Assembly (NCBI GenBank): GCA_012295275.1
Contig: CM022671.1
Coordinates: 8,680,001-8,744,000 of the forward strand
DNA from: Chrysomallon squamiferum
Lineage: Eukaryota; Animalia; Mollusca
Reading direction: 5' to 3'
DNA: 64,000 nt
Part shown: piece after piece, positions 14,632 to 27,100 of the stretch
Position numbering within the stretch: position 1 is the first letter of the stretch
Layout: the number at the start of each line of letters is the position of its first letter
The notes under the pieces: generated by a model
What the model saw: only the letters and a program-made list of their open reading frames with translations
The model's database searches: none
What the model was told of the DNA's origin: nothing
Made by a program: the position numbers and the translations under genes

Positions 14632-15211
14632 GATGAGGAACTGTCACAAAACCTTGGTGACTTGGATTACAGTTTGTCTGTGAAATGTTATGCCTCTGTG
14701 TTAAAGAAGCTTCACAAACATGGTGTCATGCAACCAAACAGTGTTGTCATGGTTTCATAACAAGACAGCAGTTGAACAGAAAGATCTGCTATCCATGTCT
14801 AAGTCAAACTTAGAGACAAAAACACAAAGATGTGGAGAAAGCTGTTCTTAGTCATTTGGAAGAAGGTGATAAAACAAAAGTCAGGTTTATCTGAATTTGT
14901 GAAACAAGGCAGCCCACACTTGTGTCGGAATGATGTTGACACTTTATTGAAAAAATATTCCACAAAAACTGCAGCAAAATCAGGTTAAATGCAGAAAATT
15001 CAATACCACAAAGGTGTTCTATGGAGCAAGAAAAAACCTCTTGAAACCTGCAAAACTGTCAGATGATGAAAAGGCAGTCGACTTGAAGAAATATCTGGCT
15101 GGTGTTTCTGATGTGTGGTGTTGACAGTCTTGCAGGCAACATGGATGTGCCCAAGACTAAGGTGCCAGTATTTGCAAGTGAAGGTGGTCCTGAATCTGAC
15201 TTAGAAGATTA
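14632..15211 (+). pseudogene. Decayed coding relic, probably the C-terminal part of a DNA transposase
   Basis: A more GC-rich block whose frameshifted pieces read as protein: LGDLDYSLSVK, NQTVLSWFHNKTAVEQKDLLSMSK, QKHKDVEKAV, CRNDVDTLLKKY, KIQYHKGVL. It is interrupted by stops and frameshifts. The transposase call rests on remembered resemblance only. Confidence 0.4.
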
Positions 15212-16365
15212 AAACATATGTAGTTTAATTTTGAAATGTAATAAATTCAGTCACATCAGTTTTCAACATGATACAGTGAATATCACAGAAAGACTGGATT
15301 TTATTGTAAAATGTGTTGAGTTGTATTAATATCAGTGTACCTTCACTATTAATCTGGACATAATTTCTTCATGTAAATTTCTCATAAACAAAATATTTAT
15401 TTGAATGATTTTCATATTGTTTAGTACTTTACATGTTTGGAAAAAATGTATGGTAATGTTAATTATGATGGAACATATTTGTAATAAATTGTGCAAAACA
15501 ATTGCAAGCAGGTTTTGGTTTTCTGGTCAAGGAACTTGGGTTGGTGTATTCTGTGATAGAGCTATCATCCACTGAGTCTGGAATAGTCATTATTTCCAGT
15601 TTCATCATCTTCTGACACTGATAGTCTTAATGGACTATGTTTTTAGTTCTGGTTTCAATCTGATAACAAAGAATGAACCTGGAGTGTTAAATTGCTATTT
15701 TTTGGTACTGTTTGTTCATCATTAATGGATTCACTGCTACAGCTGAATACACTGCTCCTATATGCATACAAAGAAAGGAGGAACAATCTTGAAATAATGG
15801 TTTTAACATCCAAGAATGTGTTAGATCAATGTGTTATATGCATTCTATTTGTAACAATTTTTTAAGTATAGCAGGTAACATTGTTAAATCAATGAATTTT
15901 ATACCATTTTGTAAGCACTTTTACTGTGCAGAGTTTCAGTATGATATCTTCAGTGAGATCCATTTGAAAATTTTCCATGATACAATTTTAAGATTTTGTT
16001 ATGTATAAGAAGAGCTTGTGAGTTCATACAATATATTTCCAAGATTTATTTTAAAAAGGGCTAAATTATATTAGTTATAATGTAAAACAATGCAAAATGA
16101 TTAAAATTACCATATTTCAAAAACTAACAAACATATCTTAAAAACAATTAAGTATAATTTTTGATGCTGGTACAAAATTAACAAAAATTGAAATACATAT
16201 ATACAAGCACTTGAACTTGATACAATGAGAATATATTCATACAACTGTAAGTTTATTAATATATGACCGAAATTATTAATTGTTATTATTTCCTATACAG
16301 TATCAGTGTCATATTAGAAGCATTAATTGCAGAAATCACAGCATAATACATTAAGCAGAATCCAG

Positions 16366-17184
16366 TCAGTCTTGTTTAACTGTCTTACTTTTTCTGTTTG
16401 CAATTATCTTCTGAATAATTAAGGTCTGAAAATATCCATTAACAAAATGAATTTGCAATATGTCTGCTATTTTAGACAGAAAATGACCTGAGATGTATTT
16501 GAAGAAGTCATGATACTGAGGTAATTTCAGATCCAGAAGTTTTAATCCAACAAACCCAGCACAGCTCATTACAGCCATGACGAAATAGAACTGAGCGTCT
16601 TCATCTGGATATTTCTTGTAAGCAATGACACCTCCAGCCACTGCAGCCACTATGTGAATAGTGAGAACCATCTCAAACCCTACAGGAGACAGCAATGTCA
16701 GACTGTAACTTGACAGTGAGAGAAGCATCAAACTGAGAGATCTTGTTGGATTCCAACCATAGACAAGATTTAACGACCATATTAACACCATGGCAAAAAA
16801 TGGCAGTGTGCACCATTGATCCAAGACAGCAAATTCCTGTTTCTGGATTATAATTCTCAACATCTGCACTGCACCATACAATCCACTCATCACATTAAAC
16901 AGGTAAAACATGTAAGCTTCAAAGTCATTGAGAAATTTGTTTTCTCTTGCCACTGTTGTCACAGCACACCAATAGGCTCCAACAATGATGTAGCCAACGT
17001 TGACCATGGTGTTGAAAGGCATTTTGATCCATGGTGGAAATATCCCGTGTAGTGAAGAGACTTCTGCATAGTGGTGAAGACCAAGATTGACATGAACCGA
17101 GATAAAAAAACCTTGGTAAATTAACCATGAGATAGCAGCACTGAAAAGTGTTACTGTGGCAATGGCCTTCCACAGTAAAATCAT
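16366..17184 (-). CDS. TMEM187: Transmembrane protein 187, single coding exon
   Basis: Multi-pass membrane ORF with family motifs HYAE, MPFNTMVNVGY, VLDQWCTLP, SCAGFVGLKLLD and GHFLSKIADILQIHF. First ATG is at 17184 (the ORF track starts at an upstream TTG). A 5' UTR intron is likely, with acceptor at 17242-17243 and a candidate donor near 17831. Confidence 0.93.
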   Translation of the reverse strand: MILLWKAIATVTLFSAAISWLIYQGFFISVHVNLGLHHYAEVSSLHGIFPPWIKMPFNTMVNVGYIIVGAYWCAVTTVARENKFLNDFEAYMFYLFNVMSGLYGAVQMLRIIIQKQEFAVLDQWCTLPFFAMVLIWSLNLVYGWNPTRSLSLMLLSLSSYSLTLLSPVGFEMVLTIHIVAAVAGGVIAYKKYPDEDAQFYFVMAVMSCAGFVGLKLLDLKLPQYHDFFKYISGHFLSKIADILQIHFVNGYFQTLIIQKIIANRKSKTVKQD

Positions 17185-17829
17185 GGCTTTCAAGATTACA
17201 AGATTTCTTGTTACATTTTATTCTGTCCAAATGTTAAAAACCTGAGGAACAAAAAAAATTAAGTCAGTTATTAATTTACAATAACAATTTTTTTTTTTTT
17301 TTTAATATCTGATCCTGGGATCAACAAAACACACTAAATGTACAGACTGAGGAATCCAAAGGTGTCACACAGTCACTTAATCCAAATTATGTAAACTATC
17401 TGTGTATTTAGTTTCTATTATTAAAAACATCAACAATCTGAATGTCTCTTTCACTGGATTCATTTGGAAATAGTGTTTGATGTTTTAAATAATAACTTAT
17501 TAATTACTATACTGTCTACTGTTAAATCTGTGAGAGGCATACAATTTCCTTGATAATTTAATTAGACTAATTTGTATTAGTAGATATTTTACTCATAATG
17601 ATAAATTTCTCAAAGAGAAAAGTTACAGCATTCAATAAAATATAAACCTGCAGGGATGGATGAGTATTTTTTCAGTGCCTGTGTCTCTAACCACTGAGCT
17701 ATATATTATATAATATTCCGATACTAAATGGGAAACACTACCCTGTGATTTCGTGTGTATCTATGTGTGTACTCCAGTTTTTATTTTAAAAGAATAATAA
17801 CGTATAACTATACAGAACGATATCCTCTA

Positions 17830-18142
17830 ACCTTATTTAGGACAGCTCTCCAAAGTGGAATTTTTTTTTTATTTCGCTTCCGAAATACTCTGCCTGATTC
17901 GGAATACATCGCCCTTTTCAGCGAAGTGACATTTTCCGATAGTTAATAAGTTGTCGGAATTATACGAAATGTACCGATATAACATACACGTCTAACTAAC
18001 ATTTTATAATTTGATACGCTACCTAATAGAAACAGACAATAACTTTGAAACCAGTCTACTCATTATTTCACGTGATATGCAAATTTTGTTTTTGCATCCG
18101 GGTACTTCCTCTTTTTACTTCTGCATTGTGGGTAATTTCAAT
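17830..18142. promoter_or_regulatory. Bidirectional promoter region of TMEM187/HCFC1
   Basis: CpG-enriched segment between divergent genes, with E-box TCACGTGA (18068-18075), octamer ATGCAAAT (18077-18084), ETS-like catccgggtacttcct (~18095-18110) and repeated TTCCGA/TCGGAA hexamers. TSS positions are inferred. Confidence 0.65.
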
Positions 18143-21100
18143 ATGGCGGCACCCATATTGAAGTGGAAGCGGGTAACAAACACAACAGGACCTTGTCCTA
18201 GGCCACGACATGGACATCGAGCAGTTGCAATTAAAGATTTAATGATCGTTTTTGGTGGTGGCAATGAAGGGATCGTTGATGAACTTCATGTTTACAATAC
18301 TAGTAAGTAGCTGTCAAACCCATGGATTTCTTAAAATGGCGACTTTTTGTTATCGGTTGAAAAAAAATAGCGTCGTCAGTGACAGGTTGATCAATCGTGA
18401 TATCATGTTGTAAAGTGTAAATTAATTTTGATTCAGAACATTGTCGTGGTTCTTAAATGTATTATTTTTAAGCATTTCAGTAATTTTGTTTCGTTTCGAA
18501 GATTTTACAATCGGAGAATAAATCAAGATGGCGGCGCCCTATATCTGGGAATTGCCGAAAACCTAAATAGTTTATCTGTTGATAGTATTAACATGCGTTT
18601 CAATTTGATAAAAAAAAATATAGTTGAATTTTTATTTTATATTTGTTTTTAAGTAAGAGCTTTTTATAGTTTCTTTGCTTAATTGTTTATTGCTTGTACA
18701 TTACCCAATTTAGCCGCCATAATGGCGTCTTGCGCGCAATCCAAATCCCGCCTACGAGATCTTCTGTTGCGGGCCATTTTCAAGACGAAATATTTAAAAT
18801 AAAAATTTAGTTTATTTTTATATTTTTGTTAATCCTTTCGACAAACAGTATTTTATTTTATAATATTTTATTATCTGATTCAGTTATGCAAATAGCTGAA
18901 ATACGTTTGGCAAAGGTATAAAATCATTACCGCAAACGCGGGACTTTTGACCGTTTTATTTTATAAACGTCATTTAAATGTACGAGTTAATTAGTTCCAT
19001 ATAATGATATATTGGTGTGAGAGAGAGAAAAAAAAAATGATATTTTATTAAATTAAAATGTTAATTTTAACAATATATATAATTATAAATATGTGATAAT
19101 TAACGTCATTTTAATAAAAATATATAATATATTATTTGTATTATTTATTTAGTTTCTTTGATCCCAAATAATGTTGATAAAATTGTCTATATTTTTGGAA
19201 TTTATTTATAAAATATATATAAATTTAGTTTTAAAAAACATCATTCAGGAATATTTTGCATACATACATTAATTTTCAGCCACTAGAATTTAAATATCTA
19301 CAAATAGCTAATTCTGCCAAAATAGTATATGATAAATGCACTAAAAATTAAATTTGACAAATATAAAAATGTTTTAAATGTTCATTCATTTTATTGCTGC
19401 AGTGAAACGAAGACAGATAAAAATAGCATTTGACACTCATATAAATATTGATTAAATAATAACTATCTTTTTTATTATAAACATTGTAAACCAAAATATG
19501 ACCATGAAATGTGTAGATGTGTTTTAAGTAAGCATTCTATAATTAGTATACTTCTAATATATTCACACATACACACATACAGTTTTAAATACTGTTATTT
19601 CCATGTTCTATTATTTATGTGGCAATGGTGATTTTAATGTTATTCTGGTGCACAAAATATTTCTCTGTAAAAAAAAATAGTTGATAATTTTATGGTTTAT
19701 ACTGACTTAAAATAGGTAATACTTTTTCCTTTTTTTTAATTTATGATGTAATTAATATATTTTGTTATTATTATTATTATTTTTTTTTTTTATAGCCACA
19801 AATCAGTGGTTTGTTCCAGCAGTGCGTGGTGACATTCCCCCAGGATGTGCTGCTTACGGATTTGTGTGCGACGGCACTCGTATTCTTATATTTGGTGGTA
19901 TGGTGGAATATGGCAAATATTCAAATGAGCTGTATGAATTGCAGGCCAGTCGATGGGAATGGAAGCGGCTGAAACCAAAAGCTCCTAAAAATGGACCACC
20001 TCCTTGTCCTCGACTGGGTAAGCTATTTATAGTATTGAGTCAGTACATTTCATTTGTGTTAAAAGAAAGGAATGGAAACTAAATGTGTATAATTAATATT
20101 ATTTATTATTAATTTCTTAAATTTTGTGGTTTTCGATTTATAATTAAATTTTTAAAACCATTTACTTTTCTTTGTGGTCTGTTTTATAGAGGAGAAAGTA
20201 TTTTTTTGAATTGCTGTTTTCTGCTTTATTTTATTTTAATTGTGGTGAAATACGTTATCACTCAGTGATTAGAGTACATGATTGAGTTACACAAGTTTGC
20301 TTGAAACGTATTCCCAGTGACTGGTTATCAGAAATTATGATGCATGGGAGAAGATTTAATCTTAGCAAGAAATATATTAATATGGATGAGAATTAGGAGG
20401 CTCAGTGAGTAAACATGTAATTATACAGTCAGAAATTAAAATCTTTTTTTCATCTGTGACTGATATCTGTTACATTATTTTTCAGGTCACAGTTTTACAT
20501 TACTGGGTAACAAAGCCTGGCTTTTTGGAGGTCTTGCAAATGACAGTGAAGATCCCAAGAACAACATACCAAGGTATGTATTGCTTGGTTCAGATTATAT
20601 ATCTTAAGTTGAAATATTAATATATGTAATTAATTAAATAGTACTATTTTAGAATTTTTTTTATCAACAGTTTTTAAAACCATTAATGTTTTTGCCCTTT
20701 CAAATTGGAGATATCCTGCAGTATATAAACATAATAACCTTAATGATCACTTAAAATATTTTAATGATTAATTCCACCAGATACTTGAATGACATCTATG
20801 CTCTGGAACTGAAGCCATTTTCCAATCAGTTGTCTTGGGAACTTCCAAACACTGTGGGTCAGCCTCCACCCCCAAGGGAATCTCATTCATGTGCAGCACA
20901 TGTTGGAAAAGATGGCCGACATCCACGGCTCTTCATATATGGTGGCATGAGTGGTTGTCGTTTAGGAGATCTGTGGCAGTATGAAGTTGGTGAGTTTTAT
21001 GCTTATTATTAAGCATTGATTGTTTCATTTATGATAAATTATTAGTTACAAATGATTTGGTTTGGACTATGAACAAATTTTAACACTTGATTTGTATTTA

Positions 21101-24100
21101 GAGTAATTCATGCTTTGGTATTTGTGGATGTGTTCAGGTTTATGGTAATTCAGTTACTTCATATTAAAAATAACCAGTGGCAATTATCATTTCTTTAAAA
21201 AAAAAAAAAATAATAATAATAATAATTGTAATAATAAATAAAGATAGTTATTCTCCATATTATTTGTAAAATTCTAATTAATAATTTATTTAACATTTTT
21301 GCTTCACTAGACACATCAACATGGACAAAGCCTATAGTCCAAGGGATGCCTCCATTGCCAAGAAGTCTCCATTCAGCAACAGTCATTGGAAATAGAATGT
21401 TTGTGTTTGGCGGCTGGGTCCCTCTGGTTATGGATGATGTCAAAGTAGCCACACATGAAAAGGAATGGAAATGTACAAACACTCTGGCTTCTCTTAATCT
21501 TGGTAAGTTTTATTTTTGTGTATTTTTCAGTCTAATTTTCTGGCTAGTACTTTTTATTATTTTCCATCTGAATTATTTTATTAAATGGATTTGATATAAA
21601 TATATTTCTGGTTAAATAGAATAATATTTAACAAATATTTTGCAGAATTTTTTTGATTTTCTATTTTTGTTTTATTATTATTATTATGCATATAACATAA
21701 GTTCTACAATATTTATTTGATTTTTCTTAGAAACCATGACATGGGAGCCACTGGCCATGGAGGTGTTTGAAGATGCTCTTCCTCGTGCTAGAGCTGGTCA
21801 CTGCAGTGTTGCAATCAACACTCGACTTTTTATCTGGAGTGGCAGAGATGGCTATCGCAAAGCTTGGAACAACCAGGTATTCATTTGCAGCATATACATT
21901 TGCAATAATTATAAAGAAATTCCATGTGATGTTTTGTTTTAAATATTATCCTTTTTATTTTAGCATATTTTCACTGTCATGAAGAAACAGCAGAAACATT
22001 TTAAGTATAATATATTTATTTATATTTTTAGGTGTGTTTCAAGGATTTGTGGTTCTTAGAAACGGGTAAGTTTATAAATATTTTCAACACATTTTGTTTC
22101 CACTATTTGCTGATTTTCTGATCTCGTAATTTCATAAAACAAATTATGCTACATCAAAGGATAACATTAAAGTATCAACTTATTTTCTTATACCTTAGAA
22201 TGTACAATTCTGGTAAAACTATGTCTGTGCTTTATCCTTAATTACAGTTATGAAGAAATGAGAAATGAGCTTATAAGATGTTGTCAACTTAATGAATTAT
22301 TTATGTGTGTATTAAATTCACAGAGAAACCACCAGCACCGTCTCGTGTTCAGCTAGTGCGTGCAAGTACAAACACACTTGAGGTGTGCTGGGGTGCTGTG
22401 CCAACAGCTGACGCCTATCTTCTGCAGCTACAGAAGTATGATCTCCCACCATCACATGCTATGACACCAACGGCTGTGCCCACCTCCAGTGCCCTTGTTA
22501 AACCAGTAACGCCAACGTTACAGCAAGCACCCATTATACGATCACCTGTAGGTAAGTTGTATTTTTTATCTGCTTCAGAGACATACTACAGTTAGCCCTT
22601 GCAAACATTTGCTTTGGTTTTACTTCAGGAAGACACAGATGATATTAACTGGAAGACTGTCTAAAATTAATATTTATTTATTCATTTTTATTTTTTCTTT
22701 GTTTTTAAATCTTTGTTCACCATCTACTAACATCATTCCTTTAGAAGGGACTTTTTTGTAATTTGAAATGGTTTTTTATTAATCCTTTGTATTAAGGTTG
22801 TAATGATAGTAAACAATGAATGACTTTTTTTCTTCTTTTTTTTAGAAATATTAATTGCTTTCCCATTCCATTGAATGTTTCTTTTTATTTTCATCATTTT
22901 AAAACATCAACTTTTCATCTCTTTTTTTTTTTTTTCATCTTTATTTTGATCTTGCCAGCAGGAGCAGGGCAAATTCGAACCATTGGTTCTGGTGCCCTAA
23001 CATCTATAGCTCTCACTTCCCCGCAGACTATTAGAGGTATTTTTTTAAGTACACATCAGTTGAAAGTGTTTATTTTTGTGGCTGAAAAGTGCTTCAGTTA
23101 TATGCTGGCATATTATTGCTATATTGGCAATGCATCTTAAAAATGTCATGCATGTAATTCATATTGTCTTGAGAATGTTTGTTTTTATTCATTGTTCAAA
23201 AATAATTGTTGTATTTTTGAAGTTGTTTTATTTCAGTTCTATATTTTTAAATTGTTATTTGTATTTTGTAAATTTACCTAATTTTGCATGGAAGATTTTT
23301 AAACATTCAGTAAATAAATGTTTTAAGGCTCTTGACAAACAATATACCCTACCTAATATTGTCATTTTAAATAAAATTATATTCCATAATTTAAAATCAT
23401 TTGATATTCAACATGAATAAATCTTAGCTTTACCAATTTTAAAGTTATTAAGTATTTTTTTTTTTTTTTTAAATATATGTATGTGTGTATAACTTTTTCA
23501 TTATTAGTTTCTAAAAAAAAAAGAACTTTCACTATTAAATAATTTTCTCACAGAGGCTGATTTGCATGTCACCGTTTGTAGCTCATAGTCTAGTTATAGG
23601 AATGTTCATGCACACACTAGCTATATGGTTAACTGAAATTAACAAATATTAAAATGTTAATTTCTGTTTTCTTTGAAATTGTTCTGTTGATTCATTTGTT
23701 TTTAATTTATAAAATTTGGTTTCAGGATATCAGATTATTTGCACTTTTTGTCTTTAGGCCATGTTTTAAAATCCATTTTTTTTTTTAAATTTAAATTCTC
23801 TTCCCCATCCTACCTGAATATAATAACACAGGTGATTTCAAATGCAGTTTTTTAAAAAAATGGAATTTATCTTTTTTTTCTTCTTCATGTAATTTAGAAA
23901 TGATATAATGTGTTAATGGTTTTTATTATGATATTAATTTAAGATATCTAATGCATGCTTTTTATATTGTTCATATCTAAGAAAGAAAACCTCAGTTGTC
24001 TCTTCAGGTTCAGAATCTCATATTCCTGTAGACAATAAAAATACCTTTTATGTGTTAGTTATTAATTACTGGCAACAGAAAGCACACTCAGTAATATTAA

Positions 24101-27100
24101 TCTGTACCTCAAACAAATTATTAAAAAAAGATGAAATGAGAATGTAATGTTACTTTGTATTTTCCTTAAAAATCACAACTATTCATAGTTAACTTTTGTT
24201 TGATATTTGTTATAATTCTTCTTCATTAACAATTGTCTTGTCTGTTTCAGCTGATAATAAATTAAAATATTTTGTTTAAAAACTGATATAACTTTTTAAA
24301 ATACAAAAATATTCATTCTGAATGTTTCAAAACAGCACGCAAAACATGAATATATAAATTAGTTTTAAAATTCATTGTATTCAAAACTAATATTAGTAAA
24401 ATTTTCCACTGCTATATTTTTGAACAAATAAGGTCTACAAGTATTAAACATTGTTATTACTTTGTTGTTGTCATTTCACATATTAGTTAAATATTTGATG
24501 CCCATATCAGTTATTAGTAATTTTATAATCTAAATTTAAATGTGTTGATTTTTTTAAGTATATTTCATTGTTTATCATTTACAGCATGCATTCCAGGAGT
24601 TTTATTATAAAAATATTATATAAATATATATATATATTAAATAGCAACCACACTTACATTTTTCATTTTAAAAGAAAAATGAGTTGCATTGTAATAAGTT
24701 AATAAGTTAAAAATTTAATTTTAGTGACAGCTACTCCAAGAGCAAAGGTTCCCATGACGGTCACACCTGTTTCTACAGGCCTAAGAGTTGCCACACCCCA
24801 AATAATTAACATGGGCCAAAAGTCAACAATTACCACAACTGTGAGATTTAAATTTTTTTTCTTTTTTTTTTAAGAAAAATTAAATAATAAGAAAGTTCTG
24901 TAAAATGCATTATAATATAAAACTTGAGAATATTAAAATCCTCAGTTTTAATGCCTAATTACAACCTTCAAATTTGTTAATGTGTCTAAAGGTATTCTGA
25001 TTGTGTTAATTTAATTTATTAATTACATTGTATAAACAAAGATGCTATTATGAAAAATATTATTGATTTGTAAGTAGAAATTTTGAAAATTAGGAAATGT
25101 ATTCACATTTGTTCTCTGCTGTGATTTTAAAATGAATCATTTTTATTTTATACAGGCTGGTGGACAGATGACAGGTATTGCAGCACTAGCAGCAGCAGCA
25201 GCAGCAACTCAGAAAATTCCTGGTGCAACAACAGCAGCTACAACCACACCAGTGTCAGGAATCAAAGTGGTAACTCCAACCATGGTAACATCACAAGGAA
25301 TGAAGGTTTCACCAATGCAAGGATCTAAAATCCAACAAGGTAGGTTAATGAATTTATATCTGTTATACAAGTGAACATTTCTAATTTGGAAATCTGAAGA
25401 GTAATTCTTAGAAAATATGTCAGTTTATTTGTAAATTTAAAAAACGGATTTTTTTTTTAATTTGACAAGAATAGTTCACAAATGTTTACAGCAGATTTAT
25501 GTCATTAGCAAAGTACATAGAACCAATCTATGACCTTTAAACGTGTACATATATACATTAGTAAATTTCACTTACACATATACACACATGCATTTTCTTT
25601 TCATTTTAGTGACTCCAGGTCAGCCTCAAACTGTCCGAGTTGGTACACCAGGAACAACCATACTGAAGGCTGGAACTGGAAACCTGGCAGGCAAACAGGT
25701 GATCACAGTACACAAAGCTGGAACAGTGACAAATCAGCCTCAAATTGTCACTCTGGTGAAGACCACACAGGGCATGACAGTTGCTTCAGTAAGGATTTTT
25801 TTACAGTACTGATAATATATCACTTTAAAATATGTCTCGAAACAAAAATAGTATTAATGTAATTTAATAAACACTAATGATTACAGCTAGTATTACTTGT
25901 GTATATTTTTTTTATTTGTTGCTGGGGGGTTGTAAAGAAATATAACATTGATTAGAATATTTATGGTAGAGGCACTTCTGGTTTAAAAATATTTATAATT
26001 TTTAATTCCATTTGTTAATGGTGAGGGGTGGAAAATGAATTTGCTCTTTAAAATTGTATTTATTTTCTTGATTATTTTAAGTTGTTTTGTTTTTATATAT
26101 TTTTTATATTTTAATTTTTTTTTAAATACATTGTATTGCAGACTAAAGGAGGTATACCTCATGGAGCAACTATTGTCAAATTGGTTACAACACAGGCTGG
26201 ATCAGGAAAAGCAGGAGGGACAGTTATTAGTCAGAGTCCAGGACAAACTCCATCAACAATTCTGGGAATTAGTAGTGTTCAGCCAAACGTACGTTTTACC
26301 AAATTGTTTCTTTCTTTTTTTAAATTTATTTAATATTAAAAATGTCTTCAAAGAATAATAAACTTAATTAGAGATTGTTCCAAAGTAATTTAGCTATTGT
26401 TAATCAAAATGTGTGTTGTGTAAAGACTGTTTCAAAAGATTATTATTTAAATATTTTACTTTCTTTTCATTTGAAAAATTTCTTTATTTAAAGGATGTAA
26501 CTTTGTGTTTTCCACTACAATTTTATTCTTGTACATTGTTATTACTGTTAAACATTTTTTTTTAAATGTTTTTATTTTGTGTAGCCTGTTGTTTCAAAGA
26601 ATGTAACCAACATAATAAAAACAATTCCAACATCGATAATCTCCATGGCAAAAGTGGGTGGCAACAGTGTTACCACACAGGCTGGTACAAAAACCATTGT
26701 CATTACTGCACCAAAAGGCAGTGGTGGTACTCTCACAACACCAACGAAGATTATGACAGTTCCTAAACTTGGTGGTCATGGCAGCACACAGTTTATAGTT
26801 GTCAGCCCCCAGAGTGCAGCTGGGAAAGCAACAACACAGGCCATACTTGGTAAACATTGCTAAAATGTATTCCAGATCTTTCATTTCTGTTCTGTTTGAT
26901 CATAATTTATTTTTTAATTTATTATTATTATTATATTTTTTATTATATGTCAAATATTAAATCCAATTCACACAATTTATCCATTTAAAAAAACCCTAAA
27001 GATTCACACAATTTAGACAGAATAAAACATCATACATGTTCTGGTTTGAATTACATCATGTTGATATTTTCAATTATTATGTAATGACAGTTGTTTATTT

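Noticed and set aside
23554-23627. Possible stop-containing poison exon in HCFC1 intron 9
   Set aside because: There is a plausible acceptor at 23551-23553 but only a weak donor, and no support without RNA or conservation data.
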